Shown one piece after another: positions 9,843-19,205 of a stretch of DNA of 64,000 bases; positions within the stretch are counted from its first letter, which is position 1, and each line of letters starts with the position of its first letter. A model generated the notes under the pieces. That model was not told the DNA's origin and made no database searches. It saw nothing but the letters and a program-made list of their open reading frames with translations. The stretch covers positions 166,647 to 230,646 of the forward strand of contig JAXLRF010000005.1 of NCBI GenBank assembly GCA_046331225.1, in the 5' to 3' direction. The position numbers were made by a program, and so were the translations under genes. Origin of the DNA: Acidimicrobiales bacterium. Lineage in GTDB: Bacteria; Actinomycetota; Acidimicrobiia; Acidimicrobiales; Ilumatobacteraceae.

Positions 9843-10102
9843 ACCCGATCGCCGTCGTCGCGCTCGCGGTCGTGCTCATCGTCGCCGTGGTGATCTTGGG
9901 GTCGCGTCGCCGGCCGAGTCAGGATGACGGCATGCAGACGTTCCGTCGTCACATCGACGCGCTGTCGCCCGAGGCACGGCGCGAGTCGATGGACCGGGCG
10001 CGGCGGCACGAGACCGGACGCGACGTCGTCGACGACCCGGGCACCCGCCGTGGTCCCGACGCGCAGGCCGCCGGTGGCGGCGTCACGGAGGGCAACGGCT
10101 GA
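9839..10102 (+). CDS. Small single-pass membrane protein, function unknown
   Basis: 87 aa with an N-terminal TM helix (IAVVALAVVLIVAVVILG) and a charged tail. Its GTG overlaps the moaE stop (GTGA) and its stop overlaps the mreB ATG (TGATG). Confidence 0.45.
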   Translation: MNPIAVVALAVVLIVAVVILGSRRRPSQDDGMQTFRRHIDALSPEARRESMDRARRHETGRDVVDDPGTRRGPDAQAAGGGVTEGNG

Positions 10103-11106
10103 TGGCACGCGACCTCGCGATCGACCTGGGCACCGCGAACACGCTGGTGTACATGAAGGGCAAGGGCATCGTGCTCAACGAGCCCTCGGTCATCGCACTC
10201 AACCGTCAGACCGGTGAGGTGCTCGCCACCGGTCGCGAGGCATGGCAGATGATCGGTCGCACGCCCGGCTACATCGTGGCCGTGCGTCCGCTGCGCGGTG
10301 GGGCGATCACCGACTTCGAGATCACCGAGCGCATGATCCGACTGCTGTTGCAGCGCGTCGGTGTCAGCCGGTTCACGCGTCCCAAGGTGGTCATCTGCGT
10401 GCCCTCGGCCATCACCGAGGTCGAGCGACGCGCCGTCACCGACGCAGCGCGTCGCGCCGGCGCAGCCGATGCACAGCTGATCGAGCAGCCGATGGCCGCG
10501 GCGATCGGCGCCGACCTGCCGATCGACGAGCCCGTCGGCAACATGGTCATCGACATCGGTGGTGGCACCAGCGAGACCGCGGTGATCAGCCTGGGCGGCA
10601 TCGTCGCGCTCGAGGCCGTGCGCGTGGGCAGCTTCGACATCGACGCCGCGATCCAGAGCTACGTGCGTCGCGAGCACGGCATCGCGGTCGGCGAACGCAC
10701 GGCCGAAGAGGTGAAGGTCGCGATCGGTTCGGCCGAGCCCTCGGAGGACGAGAACCAGGCCGAGGTGCGTGGTCGCGACCTGATGACCGGTCTGCCGAAG
10801 ACCGTGGTGCTCTCGCCCGAGGAGATCCGGTTCGCGATCGACGACGTCGTGAGCAGCATCGTGTCGTCCGTGGTGCGCTGCCTCGCGAAGGCGCCGCCCG
10901 AACTGGCGCAGGACTTCCTGGTGCGCGGCATGTACCTCGTCGGCGGTGGCGGTCTGCTGCGTGGCCTGGCGCGGCGCATCGAACGCGAGACACAGGTGCC
11001 GGTGAAGATGTCGAACGTGCCGCTCGAGGCCGTCGTGCTGGGTGCGGGTCACTGCATCGAGCACTACGACGCGCTCAAGGGCATGTTCATGGGCGCCCGC
11101 CGCTGA
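10102..11106 (+). CDS. mreB: Rod shape-determining actin-like protein MreB
   Basis: DLAIDLGTANTLVY, NEPSVIA, EQPMAAAIGA and VIDIGGGTSE are actin/MreB phosphate and adenosine motifs. 334 aa. Confidence 0.93.
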   Translation: MARDLAIDLGTANTLVYMKGKGIVLNEPSVIALNRQTGEVLATGREAWQMIGRTPGYIVAVRPLRGGAITDFEITERMIRLLLQRVGVSRFTRPKVVICVPSAITEVERRAVTDAARRAGAADAQLIEQPMAAAIGADLPIDEPVGNMVIDIGGGTSETAVISLGGIVALEAVRVGSFDIDAAIQSYVRREHGIAVGERTAEEVKVAIGSAEPSEDENQAEVRGRDLMTGLPKTVVLSPEEIRFAIDDVVSSIVSSVVRCLAKAPPELAQDFLVRGMYLVGGGGLLRGLARRIERETQVPVKMSNVPLEAVVLGAGHCIEHYDALKGMFMGARR

Positions 11107-11190
11107 TCCTGGCCGGCGGACGGCAGCTGGTCCGCCGTCCCGGTGGCCCATCTCGCACGGCGGGACGGACCGGCCACTACGGTCGGAGGC

Positions 11191-11988
11191 ATGCCCGACG
11201 AGACGCCGGTGACCTGGGAGCTCGGTGACGACCATGTCGGCGTCATCACGCTCAACCGCCCCGAGGCGCGCAACGCGCTCACCTGGGGCATGTACGCCGA
11301 ACTCGAACGGCTGGTCCGCGAGGCGGCCTCGGCCGGCGCCCGCTGTCTGATCGTCACGGGCGCCGACCCCGCGTTCTGCAGCGGCGACGACGTGCGCCAG
11401 GTGATGGGCGGCGGCGAGGAGGGCAAGGCCCCGCTGACGACCGCCGAGCGCCAGCCACGGCTCACGCCTGCCGCCGATGCGCTGCTCCACACCGACGTGC
11501 CCGTGGTGGCGGCGGTCAACGGTGCCGCCGTCGGGTGGGGCATGGAGCTGTCGATGATGGCCGACATCCGCGTCGCCAGCGAGAAGGCCAAGTTCGGCGA
11601 ACTGTTCGTGCTGCGCGGTCTCGTCAGCGACGTCGCCGGACTCGGCCGGCTCGCACAGCTGGTGGGTCGCGAGCGCGCGGCCGAGCTGCTGTTCACCGGC
11701 GACGTGATCGATGCGGCGACGGCCGAACGCATCGGGCTCGTCGGCCGTGTGGTGGCGCACGACGAGTTGCTGCCGACGGCCCGTGCGATCGCCGCACGGA
11801 TCGCCGCCAACCCGCCGCTGGCCGTGCAGCAGCTCAAGGCGGGGCTCCGTCGGGCGCTCGACCCCGACTGGAACGACCTCGGCCGTTGGGTGAGCGCCAC
11901 CCTCGGCGAGCTGTTCCGCACCGACGACCACCGCGAGGGTGTGCGCGCGTTCCTCGAGAAGCGCCCGCCGCGGTTCGTCGGTCGCTGA
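11191..11988 (+). CDS. Enoyl-CoA hydratase/isomerase family protein
   Basis: Crotonase fold signatures (ITLNRPEARNAL, FCSGDDV, AAVNGAAVGWGMEL, EGVRAFLEKRPPRF). GGAGG lies 2 nt upstream of the ATG at 11191. Confidence 0.85.
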   Translation: MPDETPVTWELGDDHVGVITLNRPEARNALTWGMYAELERLVREAASAGARCLIVTGADPAFCSGDDVRQVMGGGEEGKAPLTTAERQPRLTPAADALLHTDVPVVAAVNGAAVGWGMELSMMADIRVASEKAKFGELFVLRGLVSDVAGLGRLAQLVGRERAAELLFTGDVIDAATAERIGLVGRVVAHDELLPTARAIAARIAANPPLAVQQLKAGLRRALDPDWNDLGRWVSATLGELFRTDDHREGVRAFLEKRPPRFVGR

Positions 11989-13373
11989 TGCGCACCGAAC
12001 GAGCGACGTCGGCCGAGGTCGACGAAGGACTGCGCCGGATCCGTCACGAGCTCGAGCTCCCCGACTCGTTCGCTCCCGACGTGCTGGCCGCCGCGGAGGA
12101 GGCGGTGCGACGTGGCCTCGGCGACGAGCACGTCGACCGCACCGACATCCCGTTCGTCACGCTCGACCCCGCGTCGTCGCGCGACCTCGACCAGGCCCTG
12201 CACCTCGAGCGTGCGGGAAGCGATCTGCGCCTGCACTACGCGATCGCCGACGTCGGCTGGTTCGTGCGCAGGGGCGACCCGCTCGATCGCGAGGCATGGC
12301 GTCGTGGCACCACGATGTACGTGCCCGACGGCAAGGTACCTCTGTATCCGCAGGTGCTGTCCGAACAGGCGGCGAGCCTGCTGCCCGACGGACCGCGCCC
12401 GGCCGTCGTGTTCCGGGTGCTGCTCGACGAGTCCGGCACGGCGCGGCTCGACGGCGTCGACCGTGCGGTCGTGCGCAGCCGGGCCAAGCTCGCGTACGAC
12501 TCGGTGCGACCCGACGACCTGCCGGCCGAGATCGTCGAGTTCGCCCGCCGGATGGACGCGGCCGACGAACGACGCGGCGCGATCCGCATCGAGGCGCCCG
12601 AACAGGAGATCGAGCGCGACGACGGTGGGTACCGACTGTCGTTCCGGCCCCGCCTCGCGTCGGAGGACCAGAACGCGACGCTGTCGCTCGCGACCAACCT
12701 GGCCGTCGCCACGGCGTTGCACGACGCGGGCACCGGGCTGTTCCGCGTGATGGACCCGCCCGACGAGCGTCAGCAGCAGCGGCTGCGCCACACCGCACGC
12801 GCCCTCGGCATCGAGTGGCCGAAGGGCGTCGGGCTCGACGCGTTCGAGCGCACCTTGCGTGCCGACGACTCCCGCCACGCGGCGATGGCCCTGGCGATCC
12901 GGCGGGCGGGCGGTGGCGCGCGCTACGTGCCGTTCCAACCGGGCGTCATGCCGTGGCATGCGGCGATGGCGGCCTGCTACGCACACGCGACGGCGCCGCT
13001 GCGGCGTCTGGCCGACCGCTACGTCGTGCTGGCCGCGCTCGCCGTCGCCAACGGTCGGCCCGTGCCCGACGACGTGACCGAAGCCTTCACGCAGCTGCCC
13101 GAGGTGATGGAACGCGCCGACACCACGGGCAACCGTCTCGACCGGTTGGTGGTCGATCTGGTCGAAGCGGTGGTGCTGCACGGTCGCGAGGGCGAGACCT
13201 TCGGCGCGCTCGTCACCGACGTCGACGACCGCGGCGCACGCATCCAGTTGCGCGAGGTGGCGGTCGTGGCGCGCGTCGACGCACGTGGCGTCGAGCCGGG
13301 CGACGAGTTGCGCGTCCGTCTCGTCGAGGCGTCGCCCGAGCAGCGTTCTGTCCGCTTCGAGCGGGTCGCGTGA
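11988..13373 (+). CDS. RNB-domain ribonuclease (RNase II/R family-like)
   Basis: FVTLDPASSRDLDQALH, HYAIADV and MYVPDG...PLYP match RNB catalytic-domain blocks. ATGA overlap with the upstream gene. Confidence 0.7.
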   Translation: MRTERATSAEVDEGLRRIRHELELPDSFAPDVLAAAEEAVRRGLGDEHVDRTDIPFVTLDPASSRDLDQALHLERAGSDLRLHYAIADVGWFVRRGDPLDREAWRRGTTMYVPDGKVPLYPQVLSEQAASLLPDGPRPAVVFRVLLDESGTARLDGVDRAVVRSRAKLAYDSVRPDDLPAEIVEFARRMDAADERRGAIRIEAPEQEIERDDGGYRLSFRPRLASEDQNATLSLATNLAVATALHDAGTGLFRVMDPPDERQQQRLRHTARALGIEWPKGVGLDAFERTLRADDSRHAAMALAIRRAGGGARYVPFQPGVMPWHAAMAACYAHATAPLRRLADRYVVLAALAVANGRPVPDDVTEAFTQLPEVMERADTTGNRLDRLVVDLVEAVVLHGREGETFGALVTDVDDRGARIQLREVAVVARVDARGVEPGDELRVRLVEASPEQRSVRFERVA

Positions 13374-13906
13374 TGCACGACGGCTACCGCATGCGGCTGG
13401 CCACGACGGCCGACATCGAGGCGATGCGCGACGTCGAGCGCGACGCAGGTCGGCGGTTCCTCGAGTTCCCCGCCGAGACCAAGCTGCACGAGATCGCCGA
13501 CGACGACCCACCCGCCGCCGACGTCCTCGAGGCGCACATCGACAACGAGGCCGCCTGGGTGGTCGTCGACGCGTTGGACGCGGTGGTGGGCTACGCCGTC
13601 GCGTCGATGATCGACGACGACGCGCACCTCGACCAGGTGAGCGTGCGCTGCGACCACCAGGGGCACGGCATCGGCACGGCGCTGATCGACGAGGTGTGCA
13701 GGTGGGCGGCGTCGCTCGACTTCGGAGCGATCACGCTCACCACGTTCCGCGACGTGCCGTTCAACGGGCCGTACTACGAACACCTCGGTTTCGTGGTGGT
13801 GCCCGAGCGCAGCTGCGGTGAGGAGCTGCAGTCGCTGCGCGACCACGAGCGGTTCATCGGCCTCGACGTGCAACCCCGCGTGGTGATGCGCCGCGCCCTC
13901 GTCTGA
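13373..13906 (+). CDS. GNAT family N-acetyltransferase
   Basis: Acetyl-CoA binding block VRCDHQGHGIGTALI (Q/RxxGxG/A) and a C-terminal YYEHLGF. TGATG overlap with the upstream gene. Confidence 0.75.
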   Translation: MHDGYRMRLATTADIEAMRDVERDAGRRFLEFPAETKLHEIADDDPPAADVLEAHIDNEAAWVVVDALDAVVGYAVASMIDDDAHLDQVSVRCDHQGHGIGTALIDEVCRWAASLDFGAITLTTFRDVPFNGPYYEHLGFVVVPERSCGEELQSLRDHERFIGLDVQPRVVMRRALV

Positions 13907-13923
13907 CGCGTCGATCGACGTGG

Positions 13924-15234
13924 TCAGCCCGCGGCGATGCGGGTGACCTGGCCACCGATCGAGATCGCCCAGAGCTCCCCATCCGGGCCCTGACGGACGG
14001 CGACCAGTTGGTCGAGTCGACCGAGGGTGAGGTCGCGCACGACGGTGCGGTCCTGCACCTGCAGGCCCGCCAGGCGGCCGCTGCAGTAGTCGCCGAACAC
14101 GTACCAGCCGGCGAGCGCGGGGATCTCGGTGCCGCGGTAGACCGCGCCGCCACTGATCGAGCAGCCGAGGTCGCCGTGCTCGTACTCCCACACCGGCGGG
14201 GTCACGCCGTCGGCCGGCTGGTCCTCGTTGAACCGGTGCGTGCCCTCCATCGCGCTCCAGCCGAAGTTGAGGCCGCGCCCGGCGCCGTCGGAGGCCCAGG
14301 CCGCGTCGATCTCCTCCCACTGGTTCTGGCCGACGTCGGCGACCCACAGGTCGCCCGTCGCCGGGTCGAACGAGAAGCGCCACGGGTTGCGCAGGCCGAC
14401 CGACCAGATCTCGGGTCGGGCACCGTCGATGCCGACGAACGGGTTGTCGGCCGGGATCGTGTACGGCTGGTCGCCCGACGGCGTGGGATCGATGCGCAGG
14501 AGCTTGCCGAGCAGGTTCGAGACGTTGAGCGCTCGGCGTTCGGGGTCGTTCGCGTCGCCGCCGTCACCCATGCCGATGTACAGCATCCCGTCGGGACCGA
14601 TCGTCACGTCGCCACCGTTGTGGTTGGCGTAGGGCTGGTCGATCGTGAGCAGCACCCGACGCGACGACGGATCGAACGTGCCGTCGGCCGCGACGGCGTA
14701 CTCGGCCACCACCGTGTCGCCGTCGTCGTCGGTGTGGTTCACGTAGGCGAGGGAGCCGTCGGCCGAGAACGTGAGGCCCAGCAGCCCCCGCTCGCCCTCG
14801 CCCTCGGTGAGGTCGGTGATGTCGAGCACGGGCGCACCCGCCTCGCCGTCGCGAAGCGGCGTGACCCGCCCGACGCGTTCGACGACATAGGCGGTGGTGT
14901 CGCCCGTCCGCACGGCGAGATCGACCGGCTGCTCGAAGACGGGGCCGACCGGCACCAGCGTCACGACCGGGTCGCCGAGCGGGGCGGTGCTGGCCGGCGC
15001 CGTGGCGGGCACCGACGTGCCGGCTACGGCGGTGGTGGCACTCGACGCACCCGTCGCCTCGCTCGTGGTCACCTCGGTGGTGGGTGCCACCGTGTCGCTC
15101 GGGCGGCTCGGTTGGGTGGCGAAGGTGACCGTCGGGCCCTCGGTGACGTCGTCGGCGTCGTCGCCACCACATGCGGCCAGCACCAGCGCGACGCTCACGA
15201 GCGCGGCACCCGTCGCGCCGAGGCGTGGCCTCAC
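13924..15234 (-). CDS. PQQ-dependent sugar (glucose/sorbosone) dehydrogenase-like lipoprotein
   Basis: Lipobox VLAACGG after a basic N-terminus. Beta-propeller blocks are HNGGDVTIGPDGMLYIGMGDGG, GKLLRID, GLRNPWRFSFD, DVGQNQWEEI and NFGWSAMEG. The GTG start at 15234 overlaps the tesB stop. Confidence 0.8.
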   Translation of the reverse strand: MRPRLGATGAALVSVALVLAACGGDDADDVTEGPTVTFATQPSRPSDTVAPTTEVTTSEATGASSATTAVAGTSVPATAPASTAPLGDPVVTLVPVGPVFEQPVDLAVRTGDTTAYVVERVGRVTPLRDGEAGAPVLDITDLTEGEGERGLLGLTFSADGSLAYVNHTDDDGDTVVAEYAVAADGTFDPSSRRVLLTIDQPYANHNGGDVTIGPDGMLYIGMGDGGDANDPERRALNVSNLLGKLLRIDPTPSGDQPYTIPADNPFVGIDGARPEIWSVGLRNPWRFSFDPATGDLWVADVGQNQWEEIDAAWASDGAGRGLNFGWSAMEGTHRFNEDQPADGVTPPVWEYEHGDLGCSISGGAVYRGTEIPALAGWYVFGDYCSGRLAGLQVQDRTVVRDLTLGRLDQLVAVRQGPDGELWAISIGGQVTRIAAG

Positions 15235-16094
15235 GGCCGCTCGTTCCGGCCGACGCGGGCGAGGCCCTCTTGCACCACGGTCACGGCCAGCGTGCCGTCC
15301 TGCTGGAAGATCGCGCCACCGGCCAATCCGCGCCCGGCACCGCTCGAGATCGCACTCTGGTCGTAGAGCAACCATTCGTCGGCACGGAAGTCGCGGTGGA
15401 ACCACATCGCATGGTCGAGCGAGGCCATCTGCATCCCCGGTGATTCCCACGACAGACCGAACGGCAACACGGTCGTGTCGAGCAGGGTCATGTCGCTCGC
15501 GTAGGTGACCACGCAGGCGTGCAGCGTCGGATCGTCCGGCAGCCGGCCGGCGGCACGCATCCACACCCGCTGGCCCTGCGCCGGATTGCCCTGGCGGCTG
15601 AACGGATCGCCGTCGATGTAGCGGATGTCGATCGGCCGTGGCCGGTCGTACCACTCGCCCATGCGCTCCTTGTACGGGGCCATGCGCGTCTTGAAGTCGG
15701 GCAGCGACTCGGGATCGGGCAGACCCTCGGGCATCGAGATCTGGTGATCCGGGCCGTCCTCGTGCACGTGGAAGCTCGCCTGCAGGTTGAAGATCGCTCG
15801 ACCGTGCTGGATCGCCACCACGCGTCGCGTGGTGAAGCTCTTGCCGTCGCGGATGCGGTCGACGTCGTACAGGATCGGTGCCGTCGGATCGCCCGGGCGC
15901 AGGAAGTAGGCGTGCAACGAGTGCACGAACCGGTCGGGCTCGACCGTGCGCGTCGCGGCCACCAACGCCTGACCGGCCACCTGCCCGCCGAACACACGCT
16001 GACGGTTCTCGTCGGGTGAGCGACCACGGAACAGGTTGACCTCGATCACTTCGAGGTCGAGGAGGGTGACGAGGTCGTCCAACGCTGCCTGCAC
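15231..16094 (-). CDS. tesB: Acyl-CoA thioesterase II
   Basis: LFRGRSP, VFGGQVAGQAL, HSLHAYFLRPGD, YDVDRIRDGKSFTTRRV and SLDHAMWFH are TesB double hot-dog blocks. The call uses the GTG start at 16094. Confidence 0.85.
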   Translation of the reverse strand: MQAALDDLVTLLDLEVIEVNLFRGRSPDENRQRVFGGQVAGQALVAATRTVEPDRFVHSLHAYFLRPGDPTAPILYDVDRIRDGKSFTTRRVVAIQHGRAIFNLQASFHVHEDGPDHQISMPEGLPDPESLPDFKTRMAPYKERMGEWYDRPRPIDIRYIDGDPFSRQGNPAQGQRVWMRAAGRLPDDPTLHACVVTYASDMTLLDTTVLPFGLSWESPGMQMASLDHAMWFHRDFRADEWLLYDQSAISSGAGRGLAGGAIFQQDGTLAVTVVQEGLARVGRNERP

Positions 16095-16171
16095 GTGGTG
16101 CAGTCTCGCATCCCCACCCGGTCGGAGCACGGCCGAACCGTGGAGCGGGCCGCCGAGTACTGTGCCGCTCC

Positions 16172-16834
16172 ATGTCGTCCACCCTGCCGCTCTCGCCCGA
16201 CGAACTGCTCTCCACCACCCGTGCCGTGCGCAAGCGGCTCGACTTCGACCGGCCGGTGCCCGACGAGGTGATCCGCGAGTGCGTCGAGCTCGCGATGCAG
16301 TCGCCGAGCGGCTCGAACAACATGACGATGCAGTTCGTCGTCGTGCGCGACGAGGCCAAGCGCAAGGCGATCGGCGAGGTGTACCGCCAGTGCTACTCGA
16401 TGTACCAGACCATGGACGGCGTCTACATCCGCACGATCGACAAGGGCGAGGAGTCGGCCAACGCACAGCAGCAGCGCAGCGCCGACTCCGCCGACTTCCT
16501 CGGCGAGCACATGGGCGACGCGCCGGCGCTGATCATCCCGTGCAACGCGGGTGGCCGGCTCGACAGCATGCCCGCCATGGTGACCGCGTCGATGGCCGCC
16601 AACGTGATGCCGGCCATGTGGAGCTTCATGCTCGCCGCCCGAGCGCGAGGCCTCGGCACCTGCTGGACCACCGTGCACCTGTTCATGGAGCAGGCGGTGG
16701 CCGACATCGTCGGTATCCCGTTCGACAGCGTGCAGCAGATCTGCCTGAGCCCGCTCGCCTACACCAAGGGCACCGACTTCAAGCCGGCGAGCCGCCCGGC
16801 CGCCGACTCGATCATCCACTGGGACCAGTGGTGA
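16172..16834 (+). CDS. Nitroreductase family protein
   Basis: TTRAVRKRLDFDRPVP, QSPSGSNNMTMQFVVV and the C-terminal ARARGLGTCWTT are typical of the nitroreductase fold. Confidence 0.8.
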   Translation: MSSTLPLSPDELLSTTRAVRKRLDFDRPVPDEVIRECVELAMQSPSGSNNMTMQFVVVRDEAKRKAIGEVYRQCYSMYQTMDGVYIRTIDKGEESANAQQQRSADSADFLGEHMGDAPALIIPCNAGGRLDSMPAMVTASMAANVMPAMWSFMLAARARGLGTCWTTVHLFMEQAVADIVGIPFDSVQQICLSPLAYTKGTDFKPASRPAADSIIHWDQW

Positions 16835-17469
16835 CGATCGACCCGGTCATGCGCGCCCACGCGCTGGCGGCGAAGGGCTTCATGCCCGCCGACGAGGGCG
16901 ACGCGCTGTACGACGCCGCGATCGAGGCCGGGCAGGCGTTGCCCGGTCTGCCCTTCGTCGAGATCGGCTCGTACTGCGGCCGGTCGACCGTGTGGCTCGG
17001 CGAGGCCGCGCGGCAGTGCCACACGGTGCTGTTCGCCGTCGACCACCATCGCGGCAGCGAGGAGAACCAGGCCGGCTGGGAGCACCACGACGCCACGGTC
17101 GTCGACCCGCGTATCGGCCGGATGGACACCCTGCCGATCTTCCGCTTCACGATCTACGAGGCCGGGCTCGAGGACCACGTCGTGGCGATGGTGGGCCAGT
17201 CGCCCACGGTGGCCGCGTACTGGCGCACCCCGGCGGCGTTCGTGTTCATCGACGGCGGCCACGGCGAGGCGCCCGCCCGGCTCGACTACGAGGGCTGGAC
17301 CCCGCACGTGGCGATGGGCGGCACCCTCGCGATCCACGACGTCTTCCCCGATCCGGCCGACGGCGGACGCCCGCCCTACGAGCAGATCTTCCGGCCGGCC
17401 GTCGAGAGCGGTCGGTTCCGGCTCGTGTCCGCCACCGGCAGCTTGCGCGTCCTACGCCGGGTCGACTGA
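16831..17469 (+). CDS. Class I SAM-dependent methyltransferase (O-methyltransferase family 3-like)
   Basis: VEIGSYCGRSTVWL (motif I-like), FIDGGHG and GGTLAIHDV. The GTG start overlaps the nitroreductase stop. Confidence 0.65.
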   Translation: MTIDPVMRAHALAAKGFMPADEGDALYDAAIEAGQALPGLPFVEIGSYCGRSTVWLGEAARQCHTVLFAVDHHRGSEENQAGWEHHDATVVDPRIGRMDTLPIFRFTIYEAGLEDHVVAMVGQSPTVAAYWRTPAAFVFIDGGHGEAPARLDYEGWTPHVAMGGTLAIHDVFPDPADGGRPPYEQIFRPAVESGRFRLVSATGSLRVLRRVD

Positions 17470-17482
17470 CCACGCGAGCGGA

Positions 17483-19000
17483 TCAGACGAACTCGACGCC
17501 CTGCGCGAGCGGGAGGTCGTTCGAGTAGTTGATCGTGTTGGTGGTGCGGCGCATGTAGGCCTTCCACGAGTCGCTGCCGCTCTCGCGACCACCGCCGGTC
17601 GACTTCTCGCCGCCGAAGGCCCCGCCGATCTCCGCACCGCTCGGTCCGATGTTGACGTTGGCGATGCCGCAGTCGCTGCCGTCGGGCGCCATGAATCGTT
17701 CGGCGTCGCGCACGTCGGTGGTGAAGATGCTGCTCGCCAGGCCCTGCGGCACGCCGTTCTGCAGGGCGATCGCCTCGTCGAACTCGTCGTAGGCCATCAC
17801 GTACAGGATCGGCGCGAACGTCTCGGTCGCCACGATGTCGGTCTGACCGGGCATCGTGACGATCGCCGGGCGCACGTAGGCGGCATCGGGTGCCTCGTCG
17901 GCGAACAGCCGCTCGCCGCCCACCACCACATGGCCGCCGTCGGCCATCGCCGTGTCGAGCGCTGCCAGCATCCGATCGTGCGCTGCGGCGGTGACCAGCG
18001 GCCCGACGAGCGTGCCCGCCCGCAGCGGATCGCCGACGGGCAGCGACGCGAACGCGGTGCTCACCTTCGACACCACCTCGTCGAGGCGCGAGCGGTGCAC
18101 GATCAGGCGCCGCAACGACGTGCAGCGCTGACCCGCGGTGCCCGCCGCGGCGAACGTGACGCCGCGCACCACCAGCGCCATGTCGGCCGACGGCGTGATG
18201 ATCGCTGCGTTGTTGCCGCCGAGCTCGAGGATCGACCGCCCGAAGCGGCCGGCCACCACCGGCGCGACCTTGGCACCCATCGCGGTCGAACCGGTCGCGC
18301 TCACCAGCGGTACCCCGCGGTGCGCCACCAGCTCGGCGCCGACGCTGCCGTCGCCCAGCACCACCTGGTTGACGTCGGCGGGCGCTCCGACGGCTGCAGC
18401 CGCTCGCTGCAACAGCGCGTGGGTGGCGAGCGCGGTCAGCGGCGTCAGCTCGCTCGGCTTCCAGATCACCGTGTTGCCGCACACCAGGCCGAGCGCCGCG
18501 TTCCACGACCACACCGCCACCGGGAAGTTGAAGGCGGTGATCACCAGGTTGGGACCGAGTGGATGCCATTGCTCCATCAGCCGGTGACCCGGCCGCTCGG
18601 AGGCGATCGTCAGGCCGTGCAGCTGGCGCGACAGGCCGACGGCGAAGTCGCAGATGTCGATCATCTCCTGCACCTCGCCGAGCGCCTCGCTCTCGATCTT
18701 GCCGGCCTCGAGCTGCACCAGTCGGGCGAGATCGGCCTTGTGGGCCCGGAGGAGTTCGCCGAGCACGCGCACGAGCTCGCCGCGGCGCGGGGCGGGGGTG
18801 GTGCGCCACGCGGCGAACGCCTCGGCGGCACGACCCACGGCCTCCTCCGGCGCAGCCGTGCCGGCCACCTCGCCGAGGGGGCCGCCCGTGATCGGCGAGC
18901 GGGCGAGGTGCGGCCCTCCCTGGTGCAGGGCCGGCGCACCGCAGGCCGCGAGGGCGTCGGTGGCGAGGCGGACGAGCTGATCGGACGTGGTGATGCTCAC
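17483..19000 (-). CDS. Aldehyde dehydrogenase (ALDH7/piperideine-6-carboxylate dehydrogenase-like)
   Basis: FNFPVAVWSWN, ELGGNNA (catalytic Glu region), GTAGQRCTSLRR (catalytic Cys) and EIGGAFGGEKSTGGGRESG. The start is ambiguous: GTG at 19000 (VSITTSDQL) or an in-frame GTG at 19042. Confidence 0.9.
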   Translation of the reverse strand: MSITTSDQLVRLATDALAACGAPALHQGGPHLARSPITGGPLGEVAGTAAPEEAVGRAAEAFAAWRTTPAPRRGELVRVLGELLRAHKADLARLVQLEAGKIESEALGEVQEMIDICDFAVGLSRQLHGLTIASERPGHRLMEQWHPLGPNLVITAFNFPVAVWSWNAALGLVCGNTVIWKPSELTPLTALATHALLQRAAAAVGAPADVNQVVLGDGSVGAELVAHRGVPLVSATGSTAMGAKVAPVVAGRFGRSILELGGNNAAIITPSADMALVVRGVTFAAAGTAGQRCTSLRRLIVHRSRLDEVVSKVSTAFASLPVGDPLRAGTLVGPLVTAAAHDRMLAALDTAMADGGHVVVGGERLFADEAPDAAYVRPAIVTMPGQTDIVATETFAPILYVMAYDEFDEAIALQNGVPQGLASSIFTTDVRDAERFMAPDGSDCGIANVNIGPSGAEIGGAFGGEKSTGGGRESGSDSWKAYMRRTTNTINYSNDLPLAQGVEFV

Positions 19001-19028
19001 GCCGCCATCATGCCAGGGGCCACCCGAC

Positions 19029-19089
19029 GTCCTGGGTGCCACCCCGTCGCCCGTACCTGCCCCGGTGAGTCAGCCGCGGCGCCCAGGAC
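19029..19089 (+). repeat. GC-rich palindromic unit (14-bp arms GTCCTGGGTGCCAC / GCGGCGCCCAGGAC, 33-nt spacer)
   Basis: The inverted repeat is read directly from the sequence. It lies in the divergent region between the ALDH gene and the small secreted-protein gene, and it is related to the units at 58607-58741. Confidence 0.7.
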
Positions 19090-19205
19090 ACCGACCTCGC
19101 GCCGATGGTCGTACGACTCACGTCCAGTGGCGGCGCGACCGCCGACGAGCGCATCGTGCGCGGCGGTGCCGACGTCCGGCGCCATCGTCACGAAAGAGTT
19201 CCGCC

